DNA from: an uncultured delta proteobacterium
GTDB taxonomy: Bacteria; Desulfobacterota; Binatia; Bin18
Assembly (NCBI GenBank): GCA_963733195.1
Contig: CAVTCR010000069.1
Coordinates: 1-35,237 of the forward strand
Direction of reading: 5' to 3'
Length of the DNA: 35,237 nt
Shown here: positions 10,175 to 19,638 of the stretch, one piece after another
How positions within the stretch are numbered: the first letter of the stretch is position 1
Layout of the letters: the number at the start of each line of letters is the position of its first letter
Notes under the pieces: generated by a model
Databases searched by the model: none
What the model saw: only the letters and a program-made list of their open reading frames with translations
Told to the model about the DNA's origin: nothing
Made by a program: the position numbers and the translations under genes

Positions 10175-10218
10175 CCCAAGGAGCGCGTAAGGTGCTGCAC
10201 GAGCCACTGTCGCACCGC

Positions 10219-10342
10219 TCTGTCCATGTATCAGAGGATTTGCACGAGCATGGCGCCGCTTGCGAAGCCAGGAGGATATAAGTATGAGCAAGAGTCAAAC
10301 GAGGACACTTGAGTATCATGCTGAGAGTGGAGGATCTTGAGA
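10219..10342 (+). repeat. Copy 1 of a ~125-bp diverged intergenic direct repeat (copy 2 at 19474-19599)
   Basis: 31-nt identical core TGCACGAGCATGGCGCCGCTTGCGAAGCCAG (10241-10271 = 19497-19527). Flanks align at roughly 80-85% by eye. Confidence 0.9.
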
Positions 10343-10357
10343 ATTCAAAAAAGGAGG

Positions 10358-10387
10358 AAAGGGGTCAACGAGGAGCAGTACGCCAGC
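10358..10387 (+). pseudogene. Tiny remnant of a ligB paralog (KGVNEEQYAS)
   Basis: 10357-10384 matches ligB 19704-19731 at 24/28 nt, with all four differences at third codon positions. It directly follows a GGAGG and repeat copy 1, as ligB follows copy 2. Confidence 0.7.
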
Positions 10388-11599
10388 GGGCGAGCAACGC
10401 GAGGCCCGGAATCCAATAGGCGTAAGGCTGGGGGGCATGGCCCAAATCCACATCTCTAATACGCTACGAGGAAACAATATGCCAACAGCGGATCTCTGCT
10501 GGCTCTCAGCCACCGAACTTGCCCGTGCCATCAAACGCAAGCAAATATCACCGGTTGAAGTGGTCAATGCCGTCCTGGCGCAGATTGAACGGCTCAATCC
10601 TACACTGAATGCGTTTGTGTTAATCACGGCGGATGAGGCTCGCAAAGAAGCGCGTGCCGCAGAACGTACTGTCATGAAGAAAGGAGCCGCGCTCGGTCCA
10701 CTGCACGGCGTTCCGTTCTCGACCAAAGATGTTGTAGCGACGAAAGGACTCCGCACGACCTTTGGATCACCACTGTACGCTGACAACGTGCCGAGCGAAG
10801 ATGCCGTCATTGTGGCGCGGATGCGTGCGGCTGGTGCCATCCAAGTCGGCAAAACCAATACGCCAACGATGGGCTGGCTTGGCGTCACGCATAACTTGCT
10901 GTTTGGTGCGACGCGCAATCCCTGGAATACCGATTGCACCCCTGGTGGTTCTAGTGGCGGTGCAGGTGCCGCCATTGCTGCAGGTATGGCCCCATTAGCG
11001 ATTGGCACTGATGCAGGCGGGTCGATTCGTATTCCAGCGTCGTTCAGCGGTATCTATGGTCTCAAACCGTCATACGGTCGCATTCCAGTTTATCCGGGTA
11101 GTGCGGCCTGGAGCATTGCCCATGTCGGTCCGATGACGCGAACGGTCGCCGATGCCGCGCTCATGCTCACTATTTGTAGTGGACCAGACGATCGTGATCA
11201 GTATTCATTACCAGCGGAAAGAAACGTCGATTACGTCAAGCTGCTCAAAAGCCCACTCAAAGGGCTACGGGTAGCCTGGGCGGCTGACTTGGGCTTTACT
11301 CCCGCGCTTGATCCGGAAATCAAGACACTCTGTGAAAAAGCTGCGAGACGCTTTCGTGGGCTGGGATGTCGCGTAGACGAGATTGCCCCTAACTGGCCGT
11401 CACCACGAGAAGCGTGGGAGGTCACGTTTAGTGGTAGTTTTGCCACTCGCCTTGCGCCATATGTGGCAGACCGGCGGGCTGATCTTGAACCGGGTCTCGT
11501 TGAAATCATCGAAGAGGCAAAGACGTGGCCGGCAACACGTTATGTGCAGGCGTGGTTCGACCGTTTAGCGTGGAATCTACATGTACAGAAGTTGTTCGA

Positions 11600-11800
11600 G
11601 AAATACGACCTGCTACTCACGCCAACTCTCCCATGCCGACCGTTTGCGGTTGAATTGGAACATCCGCCAGACATCGCCGGGACTCTGGTGAATCGTTACG
11701 ACTGGATTCCGTACACCTATCCCTTCAATCTTACTGGCAATCCTGCTGCGTCGGTTCCCTGTGGTTTTACCACTGATAGCCTCCCGGTCGGATTGCAAAT
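11600..11800 (+). repeat. Copy 1 of 201-bp direct repeat flanking the IS
   Basis: GAAATACGACC...GATTGCAAAT, identical to 12796-12996 except C11723/T12919 (synonymous Pro codon). Confidence 0.95.
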
Positions 11801-11806
11801 AGAGAT

Positions 11807-12790
11807 TAGACATTATGCGAAATAAGTTACAATAGGGTGGTGCTGGAATATAAACAACTGAAAAAAAACCGACGACGATTGCTGGCGTTGACGGGATTGA
11901 CCCACAAAGAGGTTGAGGCATTGCATCAGGCGTTTTGCCCGCCTATGCAACCGTATTCCCAGAGGATAAGACTGCGGACGGTCGTGTCCGCAAGCGACAA
12001 GGCGGAGGGGGACGCAAAGGGCAGTTGCGCACGACGGAGCAGAAACTGCTGTTTATCCTGGTGTATCAGAAGACCGATCTGCTGCAGGCGCTGCTGGGCG
12101 AGGTCTGTGGGCTGAGTCAGTCGCGGGTGAACCGGTGGATCCAGCGGGTGCTGCCGATTCTGCAGCAAGCACTGGCCGAGTTGGGCGTACTGCCAAGCCG
12201 GGAGCCGGGAGACTTTGCCCGGCAGGAACGGAGCCGCCAGGAAGCACCGGAACTGAGTATCGACGGGACCGACCGTTGCCGCCAGCGCCCGAAAACCCCA
12301 GCAACCCAAGCCTTGCACTACAGTGGGAAGCAGAAAACGCATAGCGACAAGAACGTCGTGGTGGTCAATGCCAAGACCAAGCGCGTGGGCTATTTGAGTC
12401 AGACGTATGCCGGGAAAAGGCATGACAAAAAGATCGTGGATGTCGAACCGATTCGCTATCCTCCGGGAACGATCCGGTATAAGGATACTGGTTTTCAGGG
12501 CTACGAGCCCAAAGTGCAGCAGTCCCATCAACCGAAAAAAAGCCGCGCAACGGCGCGTTGACCCGTGGCCAAAAGCGCCACAATCGCAAGCTGTCTCGCC
12601 TCCGGGTCCGCGTGGAGCATGCCCTGGCTGGAGTGAAACGCTCCCGGATCGTGAAGGACGTCTTGCGTAATACTAAAGCGGAATTGTCCGACTTGGTCAT
12701 GGTCGTCGCCTGTGGGTTACATAATCTCCGCGTGCGCTATCGCAAACGACGGCTGCGAACATGAGAGAAAGTTATTCCGCATAAAGTCTA
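11807..12790 (+). mobile_element. IS5-family-like (ISL2/IS702-type, DDE_Tnp_4) insertion sequence, ~984 bp
   Basis: TIRs TAGACATTATGCGAAATAA (11807-11825) and TTATTCCGCATAAAGTCTA (12772-12790), 17/19 match. Encloses a single transposase. Confidence 0.85.
11837..12764 (+). CDS. Transposase (HTH + DDE_Tnp_4-like) with a probable programmed -1 frameshift at 12535-12542 and an extra frameshift near 11935
   Basis: LLALTGLT N-terminus, KLLFILVY, SIDGTDR, YSGKQKTH, GKRHDKKI, KDTGFQG, RVRVEHALAGVKR, ACGLHNLR. An AAAAAAAG slippery site joins ORF 11935-12561 to the -1 frame ORF ending at 12764. Confidence 0.85.
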
Positions 12791-12795
12791 TTATT

Positions 12796-12996
12796 GAAAT
12801 ACGACCTGCTACTCACGCCAACTCTCCCATGCCGACCGTTTGCGGTTGAATTGGAACATCCGCCAGACATCGCCGGGACTCTGGTGAATCGTTACGACTG
12901 GATTCCGTACACCTATCCTTTCAATCTTACTGGCAATCCTGCTGCGTCGGTTCCCTGTGGTTTTACCACTGATAGCCTCCCGGTCGGATTGCAAAT
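12796..12996 (+). repeat. Copy 2 of 201-bp direct repeat flanking the IS
   Basis: 200/201 identical to 11600-11800; continues into the native amidase 3' end. Confidence 0.95.
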
Positions 12997-14519
12997 CGTT
13001 GGCCGACGATTTGCTGATACTCTCGTGTTGCGCGCTTCTGCGGCTTTTGAAGAAGCGTATCCGTGGGCGGAGACCGAGATAGGGGAATAAAACCAGCCTG
13101 AGCTTCGCTATGAGTATGGGAGATGACTCCAGCAGCGCGGCACCTACGGAAAATCGGCGACTGGCGGCGATCATGTTCACCGACATCGTCGGCTTTAGCC
13201 GCCAGATGGGTGTCGACGAAGCTCGCATGTTGCGGCTGCTCGATGTCCACAATCGCATTATTCAGCAAGCAGTAGCTGCGCATCATGGCGTGGTCATCAA
13301 AACCATGGGCGATGCCTTTCTGGTAGACTTTCCTTCGGTCGTACATGCCGTGCAGTGCGCGCAACAAATCCAAGCCCAGTTCAAAGCGCACAACGCTGAA
13401 CGAGCGCAAGACGAACAGATTCACGTGCGCATCGGCATCCACTCGGGCGACATCGTCCAGCGCGATGGCGACGTGTTTGGGGATGGGGTGAACATCGCCT
13501 CCCGGCTACAAGCCTCGCCGAGCCCGATACCGTGTGCATTTCCGACATGGTCTATCGGGATGTGGTCCAGAAGATGGCCTTGGGCACGGTCGTCTCGTTG
13601 GGACGACCAAAGCTGAAGAACATTCCGCAGCGTTTCCTCGTGTATGCACTGTTACCAGAGGGACCTACAGGGTTCCGCGAGCGCTTTCGAGTCCAACGGC
13701 TCAAACTCTCGCATCGAGATACGTCCGACACTGACATGGGTCATGGCTGGCCTGTTGCTCATCGCGGGTGTCCTTGTCACAGTCCGCTACTTCCTTGCTC
13801 CTTCCCCCCGCACCCAATCGCCACTCCGCACCCAGGCGCCTTCCCCTCCCCGACAAGCCCTCCATCGTCGTCCTGCCCTTCGACAACATGAGCAAAGATC
13901 CCGAGCAGGACTACTTCAGCAACGGGATCACCGAAGTGCTCACCTCTGACCTCTCCCGCATCTCCAGCCTCTTCGTCATCGCCCGCAACACGGCCTTCAC
14001 GTACCAGGGGAAAGCGGTGAATATCCAAGCCGTGGGGAAAGAACTGGGCGTACGGTACGTCCTGGAAGGCAGCGTCGCAGAAGGCGGGGGAGCACATCCG
14101 GATCGTGACCCAGTTAATTGATACCACGACCGGCGGGCACCTGTGGTCGCAGCGCTACGACCGTCCGCTGCAAGACCTCTTCGCGCTCCAAGATGAGATC
14201 GTGCAGAAGATCGTGACCACGCTGAAGCTGCAGCTCACGTTGCAGGAGCAAGGGTACGTCGTGCGCAAACACACCGACAACCTGGAGGCCTACGATGCCT
14301 TCTTGCGCGGGCTGGAGTATCATTACCGCTTCACGAAAGAGGCCAATGCTCAGGCGCGGCAGCTGTATGAGAAGGCCATTGAACTGGACCCACAGTATGC
14401 GGAGGCGTACGTGTCGCTGGGTTGCGACCTACTGGCAAGAGTGGGCCTTTCGCTGGAGCGCGGACCCCCAGACCATGGAGCGTGCGTTGGCGCTCGCGCA
14501 ACAGGCTCTTGCCCTGAAT

Positions 14520-16045
14520 GGGTAAGCGTCTCGAAAGTAGGTGGGAAATGCGTAAAAATAGCGACTGAGGAGTGAGCAACTCAACACTCTCGTTATAAGC
14601 AGGAGGCACTGTCATGACTGACTTACACCTGACACCCGAGCAAGAGGCGGAAGCGCAAGTCGTCTTCCAGCGGCTGAAGGTGGCGTTTGAGCGCGAAGCC
14701 CTACAGTTGGCGCGGTTGATGGCCAGTAAGGAAGATCGCCAATTGTTGGGGAGGACGGAGTTTGAGGTGCGCGACCACGTGCATCGGTTGGGGGCGCAGG
14801 TGGTGGAAAGCGTGTTACAGGAACGGAAAAAAAAGGGTACCAGGGGACGAGTACAGCCTGTCCGGTCTGCGCGGAGCCCGCGCGCTGCGTAGGCTACCGC
14901 GGCAAGACGATCGTGAGTTTGCTCGGGGCGGTGCGTCTGGCGCGGCCTTATTACCACTGTGCTTCGTGTGGGCAGGGCGTCTGTCCCTGGGACGCGGTGT
15001 TGGGAGTGACAGCGACGGCGTTAAGTCCGGGGGTGGAAGAAGTAGCCTGTATCGCCGGAGTGCAGGGCAGTTTTGCGGAGGCCAGTGCGAAGGTGTTACC
15101 CAAGCTAGCAGGGCTGCAGCTGGCCGAATCGACGGTGGAGCGCACGACGGAAGCGGCGGGGCAGCGCCTCGCGGCGGCGCAGACGGTGGGGCAAAGTGAA
15201 GAGCCCGGGCAGGAGTGGGCGTGGCACCGGGATGCGGAGGGGAAGACGGTGGCGTATGTGGCGGTGGATGCCACCGGGGTCCCGCAACAAGGGCGCGACG
15301 GAGCAAAAGTGGAGAGTCGCATGGCCAATGTGGCGGTGCTGTACAATCCGGTGCCGGCGGACCGGGCACGCTGGGCGAGTCCGGCGGTGGGGCCGGAGCC
15401 AACGTGGCAAGCCCGGTATGTGGCTAGCCTGGAGCGGATGGCGGTGGTGGGCGCGGCCATCCGCCAGCAGGGCGTGGCGGTGGGGATCGAGCGGGCGGAG
15501 CGGTGGATTGCGCTGTCCGATGGGGGCAATGGGCTGGAAGACTGCGTGCGCACGCACTTTCCGCGCGTTGAGGTGGTCATTCTCGATTTCTACCACGCCG
15601 CGGAGTACCTCAGTGACTTGGCCAAAGCCTGGCACGGGGCGGATGCCAACGCCGGAGAGGCGTTAGGCCAGCAATGGTGTCACCAGCTCAAGCATGAAGG
15701 GGGCGCGGCGGTGTTGGCGACGGTACAGGGGTTGGACCTCCGCGGCCGCTCCACCACTGCTCGTGAGTGTTATCAGGCTACGGTGCGCTACTTCACGAAT
15801 CATCTCCCGCGCATGGATTATCCCACCTATCGCGCCAAGGGGTGGCAGATTGGGAGCGGGCCGGTGGAGTCGGCGTGCAAGCGGGTCGTAGGGCAACGGC
15901 TCAAGGGAGCGGGCATGCGGTGGGGAGAAGACGGAGCCGAGGCGGTGTGTCGTCTCCGGGCTTTGTTTGTAAGCGAGCCCGGGCCGTGGGACGCTTTTTG
16001 GAGCCGAAATTAACACTTAGTGATCTACAAACGAGACGCTCACCC
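14520..16045 (+). mobile_element. ISKra4-family-like insertion sequence (1526 bp) with 10-bp TSD
   Basis: Left end GGGTAAGCGTCTCGAAAGTAG vs right end (reverse complement) GGGTGAGCGTCTCGTTTGTAG, 17/21. TGCCCTGAAT duplicated at 14510-14519 and 16046-16055. Confidence 0.88.
14614..16013 (+). CDS. ISKra4-like transposase, two ORFs joined by a probable programmed -1 frameshift at the A8-GGG run (14827-14837)
   Basis: The -1 frame after the A run reads GYQGTSTACPVC..YYHCASC (zinc ribbon). Also VAVDATG, LSDGGNG, ILDFYHAAEYL and GWQIGSGPVESACK. Confidence 0.85.
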
Positions 16046-17012
16046 TGCCCTGAATGACTCCCTGCCGACAGCCCATTCGCTCTTGAGCATCGTCTATGCC
16101 CAGAAACAGCAGTATGACCAAGCCATCGCCGAGGGCGAACGGGCCATCGCTCTCGATCCCAACAATGCCGACAGCTATGCCTGGCAGGCGCAGGTGCTGA
16201 ACTTCGCGGGCAGGCCAGAAGAAGCCCTGCAGGTCGGTGGAGCAGGCGATGCGGCTCAACCCCCGCTATCCGCCCTGGTACTTATTCGAATTGGGCGCGG
16301 CCTACAGCATGACCGGGCGCTATGCCGAGGCGATCGCCACGCAGAAGGAAGTCATCAGCCGGAGCCCCAATTTTCTGCTATGCCCACCTTAATCTGGCTA
16401 TCAGCTACTTGGAGCAGTGGGCTCGCTCAACAGAGTCCGGATGCCCAGACGTTGGAGCCGGCAGTGGCGGCGGGGCAACGGGCCCTCGCCCTCAATGACT
16501 CCCTCCACTGGAACCACATAGTCTTGGGCCGGTCTATCTCTAGCAACAGCAGTATGAGCCAGGCCCTGGCCGAGATGGAGCGGGCCGTGGCCCTTGCTCC
16601 TACCGTGGCTGGAGCTATGCGGCTCTGGCGGAGGTGCTGAGCTGTATGGGCAGGACGGAGGAAGCCCTGGAGGCCGCCGCACAGGCGCTGCGCCTCAAGC
16701 CTCTTGTTGTGGACGACCACTTAGACAGCGTCGGCGCCGCCTATGACATGGCCGGGACGGCCTGAAGAGGCGATTGCTCCCTTGAAGCGTTATATCAGCC
16801 GCTATCCCAACATTCTGGGCGCCCATCTGACGCTGGCAGCGGTCTACAGCGAGTTAGGCAAAGAGGCGGAAGCCCAGGCCGAGGCGGCGGAAGTCCTGCG
16901 GATCAATCCTAAGTTTTCACTAGAGGTTCACAAAGAGAGAGTGCCGATCAAAGACCCAGCGATGTTAGAGCGCCATATTGCGGCGTTACGCAAAGCAGGG
17001 CTCAGATAAATT

Positions 17013-17075
17013 AAGAATGAATGAATTAAAAATATGAAGAATGATGAAGAATGAATGAATGAAGAGTGAAGGATG
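17013..17075 (+). repeat. Degenerate GAAT/ATGAAGA short tandem repeat tract
   Basis: AAGAATGAATGAAT..ATGAAGAATGATGAAGAATGAATGAATGAAGAGTGAAGG immediately after the cyclase stop. Very AT- and purine-rich relative to its surroundings. Confidence 0.75.
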
Positions 17076-17207
17076 TCGGAATGCTGTAATCGAGTGACTG
17101 AGTCATGAGGGACGAGCCAAGGATTCTTTTTCTGCCATTGTCACAGGACATGTACGTTCCCCTTCTCTTTGCAGTGAGCTATAAAACATCGGGAAGAGGT
17201 AAACATT

Positions 17208-17462
17208 ATGAGCGTAAGTCCTGAAGAGCGACTGCAAGATATCTGGGGTAGGTTGCCCGCCCACGAGCAAGAGGAAGTGCTCGATTTCGCCGAGTTTTTG
17301 GCTTCCAGACGGGGGGGGGCTCTGATCTCTGAAGAGTGTCTCTCCGGAGAGGAACATACCCGCCTTGTGGCGGCGCTCGACGCCGTGGCGGCGCTCTCCC
17401 TGGAAACTGGTCCGGCGGTAAGTAACCGTGCCCATGATGCTGACCTCTATGGAAAGCCCTGA
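17208..17462 (+). CDS. Putative antitoxin (DUF2281-like)
   Basis: 84 aa with LPAHEQEEVLDFAEFL. GAGG RBS. TGATG overlap with the PIN gene. Confidence 0.7.
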   Translation: MSVSPEERLQDIWGRLPAHEQEEVLDFAEFLASRRGGALISEECLSGEEHTRLVAALDAVAALSLETGPAVSNRAHDADLYGKP

Positions 17463-17860
17463 TGCCGATCTTTGTTGACACGGGGGCCTGGTTTGCGTAC
17501 TTCGTGCGCCGCGACCCGGATCATATGGCCGCAGTACAGTGGATGAAAACCACTCGGACTCCGCTGCTGACAACGGACTTTGTCCTGGATGAACTCTTTA
17601 CGTTGCTCAAACTGCGAGAAAATCACACGGTGGCGAACGCCGCGGGCAACCTCTTGCTGCACGGTGGTGTGACGAGAGTCGAACGGATAAGCGGAGAAGA
17701 TTTTGCTCAGGCTTGGGCAACTTTTGAGCAGTACAGTGATAAGGACTGGAGCTTCACTGACTGCACAAGCAAGGTGGTAATAGAACGTTTGCGTATTACA
17801 TACGCTTTTGCGTTCGACAATCACTTTGAGCAGTTTGGGACCGTCATTCGAGTTCCTTAG
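17462..17860 (+). CDS. vapC: PIN-domain VapC-family toxin
   Basis: IFVDTGAW, DPDH, TTDFVLDE, SFTDCTS, AFAFDNHF acidic PIN motifs. Confidence 0.9.
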   Translation: MPIFVDTGAWFAYFVRRDPDHMAAVQWMKTTRTPLLTTDFVLDELFTLLKLRENHTVANAAGNLLLHGGVTRVERISGEDFAQAWATFEQYSDKDWSFTDCTSKVVIERLRITYAFAFDNHFEQFGTVIRVP

Positions 17861-17863
17861 CAA

Positions 17864-17924
17864 TGTCACCCTGAGCGTAGCGAAGGGTCTCTCGGAGAGA
17901 TTCTTCGCGTTGCTCAGAATAACA
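17864..17924. repeat. REP-like palindromic element between convergent genes
   Basis: TGTCACCCTGAGCGTAGCGAAGGGTCT...AGATTCTTCGCGTTGCTCAGAATAACA forms a long imperfect hairpin, resembling the widespread GTCATCCTGAGC-GAAGGATCT type of intergenic repeat. Confidence 0.75.
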
Positions 17925-17972
17925 CGACTGTCCGGTCTCCTCGTAGAGTGTACCAATGTCGTGCGTTTCGAT

Positions 17973-19344
17973 TTAGTGAGCCTTCCCAACCCTCTGTGTT
18001 GGCACATCCCGCCAAGAGTGTTTGTGGATCATATGCCTTCCCGCCTCGGTAAACTGTCGTAATCTTCCGCAGTTCTCGCACGTCGCGCAGGGGGTCTCCA
18101 TCTACAACCAAGAAGTCCGCATAACGACCCGGAGTAATACTGCCAATATCGTCCTGTTTGCGGAGATAGCGTGCGGCAACCGAAGTGACAGCCTTGAAAG
18201 CCGCCATCGTGCCAATCGCTTCAGCCATAAGCTCGATCTCACGCCACAAAGCATAGCCAGGAGGCGGATAGGGGATGCCGCCGCAATCGGTACCACCGAC
18301 GACTAAGCCGCCGGATTCATGCAAGAGTCGCGTAACCTCTTGGTGTTTTTCCAACGCTTTGGAGCCGATCGCCGGATCAAACCCAGGAAACATATCCCAA
18401 TCTGGTCGTTCACCGATGTGCGCTGCCAGTGCTCGCTGGCGGCCAAGCGCCATCGGAGGAATGTAGCGGCGGTCAGGGTCTTGCATTGCGGCGTCTTGTC
18501 CACATTTGGAAATCCACAGCAGATCTAATGTGGTGCCCATGTGCACTTGCTTTTCCACCATGGCGCCGAACCAGGTCTTCGCTTTTTGACTCTGGAGGTC
18601 CGCCTCTTCCCACCCTTTGAAGGTGAGCGGGGCGAAATGGCGGTTCATCATGGAGCTGACCTTCTTCCCCGGACCAAACTGCATGTCGAGCGCGCAGAAG
18701 TCGTTGTACGGTGAGATCCACACATGCTCCAAGCCATCGATTCCCGCTTTAATCACGTCCAGTGAGTGGGTATAGCCCAGATGCCCGGTAATCGGGACGC
18801 GTTTGTCGACGAAGTCGATCACTGCTTTGGCAGTGTCCGGCGGCAAGGTGAAATACAATTTGACGCCATCAACTCCAGCGGCGAGTAGGTGGCCGATCTT
18901 TTCCGGCACCGCATCTACCGAGGGAATGCTTTCGAGCATTTCCGTTAACGGTCCACGCGGGAAACTCGGCTCCACTCCATCAAGCAGAGGACCATAAATG
19001 AATAGGCGAGGACCGAGCTGCACGCCGCTTGCTAGATCAGCTTTGAGCGCCTGTGCTTTCTCCAATTTTGCCCCGACATCACGCGCGCTGGTGACGCCAG
19101 CCGCGAGAAAGAGCGGCAAACTCTCCCGGTCCATCAACGTGGAATGGACATGCGTATCAATCAACCCAGGAAGGATGGTCTTCCCTCCCATATCAATGAC
19201 CTGTGCGTCTGGGGAAGTGGAAATCTCACCGCGTCCGACCTGACTGATGCGGTCGCCAGTGACAAGAATCGACATCCCAGTTTGGGGTTGATCAGCGATA
19301 CCGTCAATCAACCGTGCGTTCTTCAAGAGTACGGTTTGTGGCAT
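17973..19344 (-). CDS. Metal-dependent amidohydrolase (HutI-like superfamily); probable extra G near 18008
   Basis: VLLKNARLIDG, ILPGLIDTHVH, GVTSARDVG, GGTDCG, GSITPGRYADFLVVDGDPL. The corrected frame ends LLADVPTQRVGKAH* at 17973 instead of running into the REP. Confidence 0.87.
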
Positions 19345-19473
19345 GGTCCCTCCTTACATACGAGTTGCGATCTCTCCTTTTCTAAAGGACACCTCTTCTT
19401 TTGACTAGTGGTCTGTCAGGGTGGTGCGGGCGAAGTACTAAATCGGAATGTATGACATTACGAAGTATTCCTT

Positions 19474-19599
19474 TCTGTCCATAGCTTCAAAGGAACTGCA
19501 CGAGCATGGCGCCGCTTGCGAAGCCAGAAAGATATGAGTATGTGTCAAGAGGCAAACGAGAACACTTGCGTGTAGTGCTGAGAGGGTAGGATCCTGAGA
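19474..19599 (+). repeat. Copy 2 of the ~125-bp intergenic direct repeat, upstream of ligB
   Basis: Aligns to 10219-10342 with a 31-nt identical core. Confidence 0.9.
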
Positions 19600-19638
19600 G
19601 CACATTGAGCGCTTGAAGAATGAAACGGAGGCTAAACT

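Larger units (their letters stand above)
10479..13090 (+). pseudogene. Amidase-signature family amidase, interrupted near its 3' end by an IS with a 201-bp duplication
   Basis: GPLHGVPFSTKD, GKTNTP, PGGSSGG, GTDAGGSIRIPAS motifs. The first part ends ...GLQI then IS-derived EIRHYAK* (11825). The native tail VGRRFADTLVLRASAAFEEAYPW.. follows the second copy (12997-13090). Confidence 0.9.
13116..17009 (+). pseudogene. Class III adenylate cyclase - TM - TolB-like - TPR protein, interrupted by an ISKra4-like IS and several frameshifts
   Basis: RRLAAIMFTDIVGFS, KTMGDAFL, IGIHSGD, DVFGDGVNIASRL; LPDKPSIVVLPFDNMS..YFSNGITE..VIARNTAF; TDNLEAYDAFLRG; TPRs; ends ALRKAGLR*. Removing the IS restores QQALALN|DSLPTAHSLL. 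Confidence 0.88.

Noticed and set aside
10250-10264. TGGCGCCGCTTGC as a sigma54 promoter
   Set aside because: GG and GC are 8 nt apart, not the required 10; no fit on the other strand either.
11600-12996. 201-bp repeat pair as a DGR template/variable repeat
   Set aside because: Only one C/T difference, no adenine-specific variation and no reverse transcriptase; the repeats bracket an IS.
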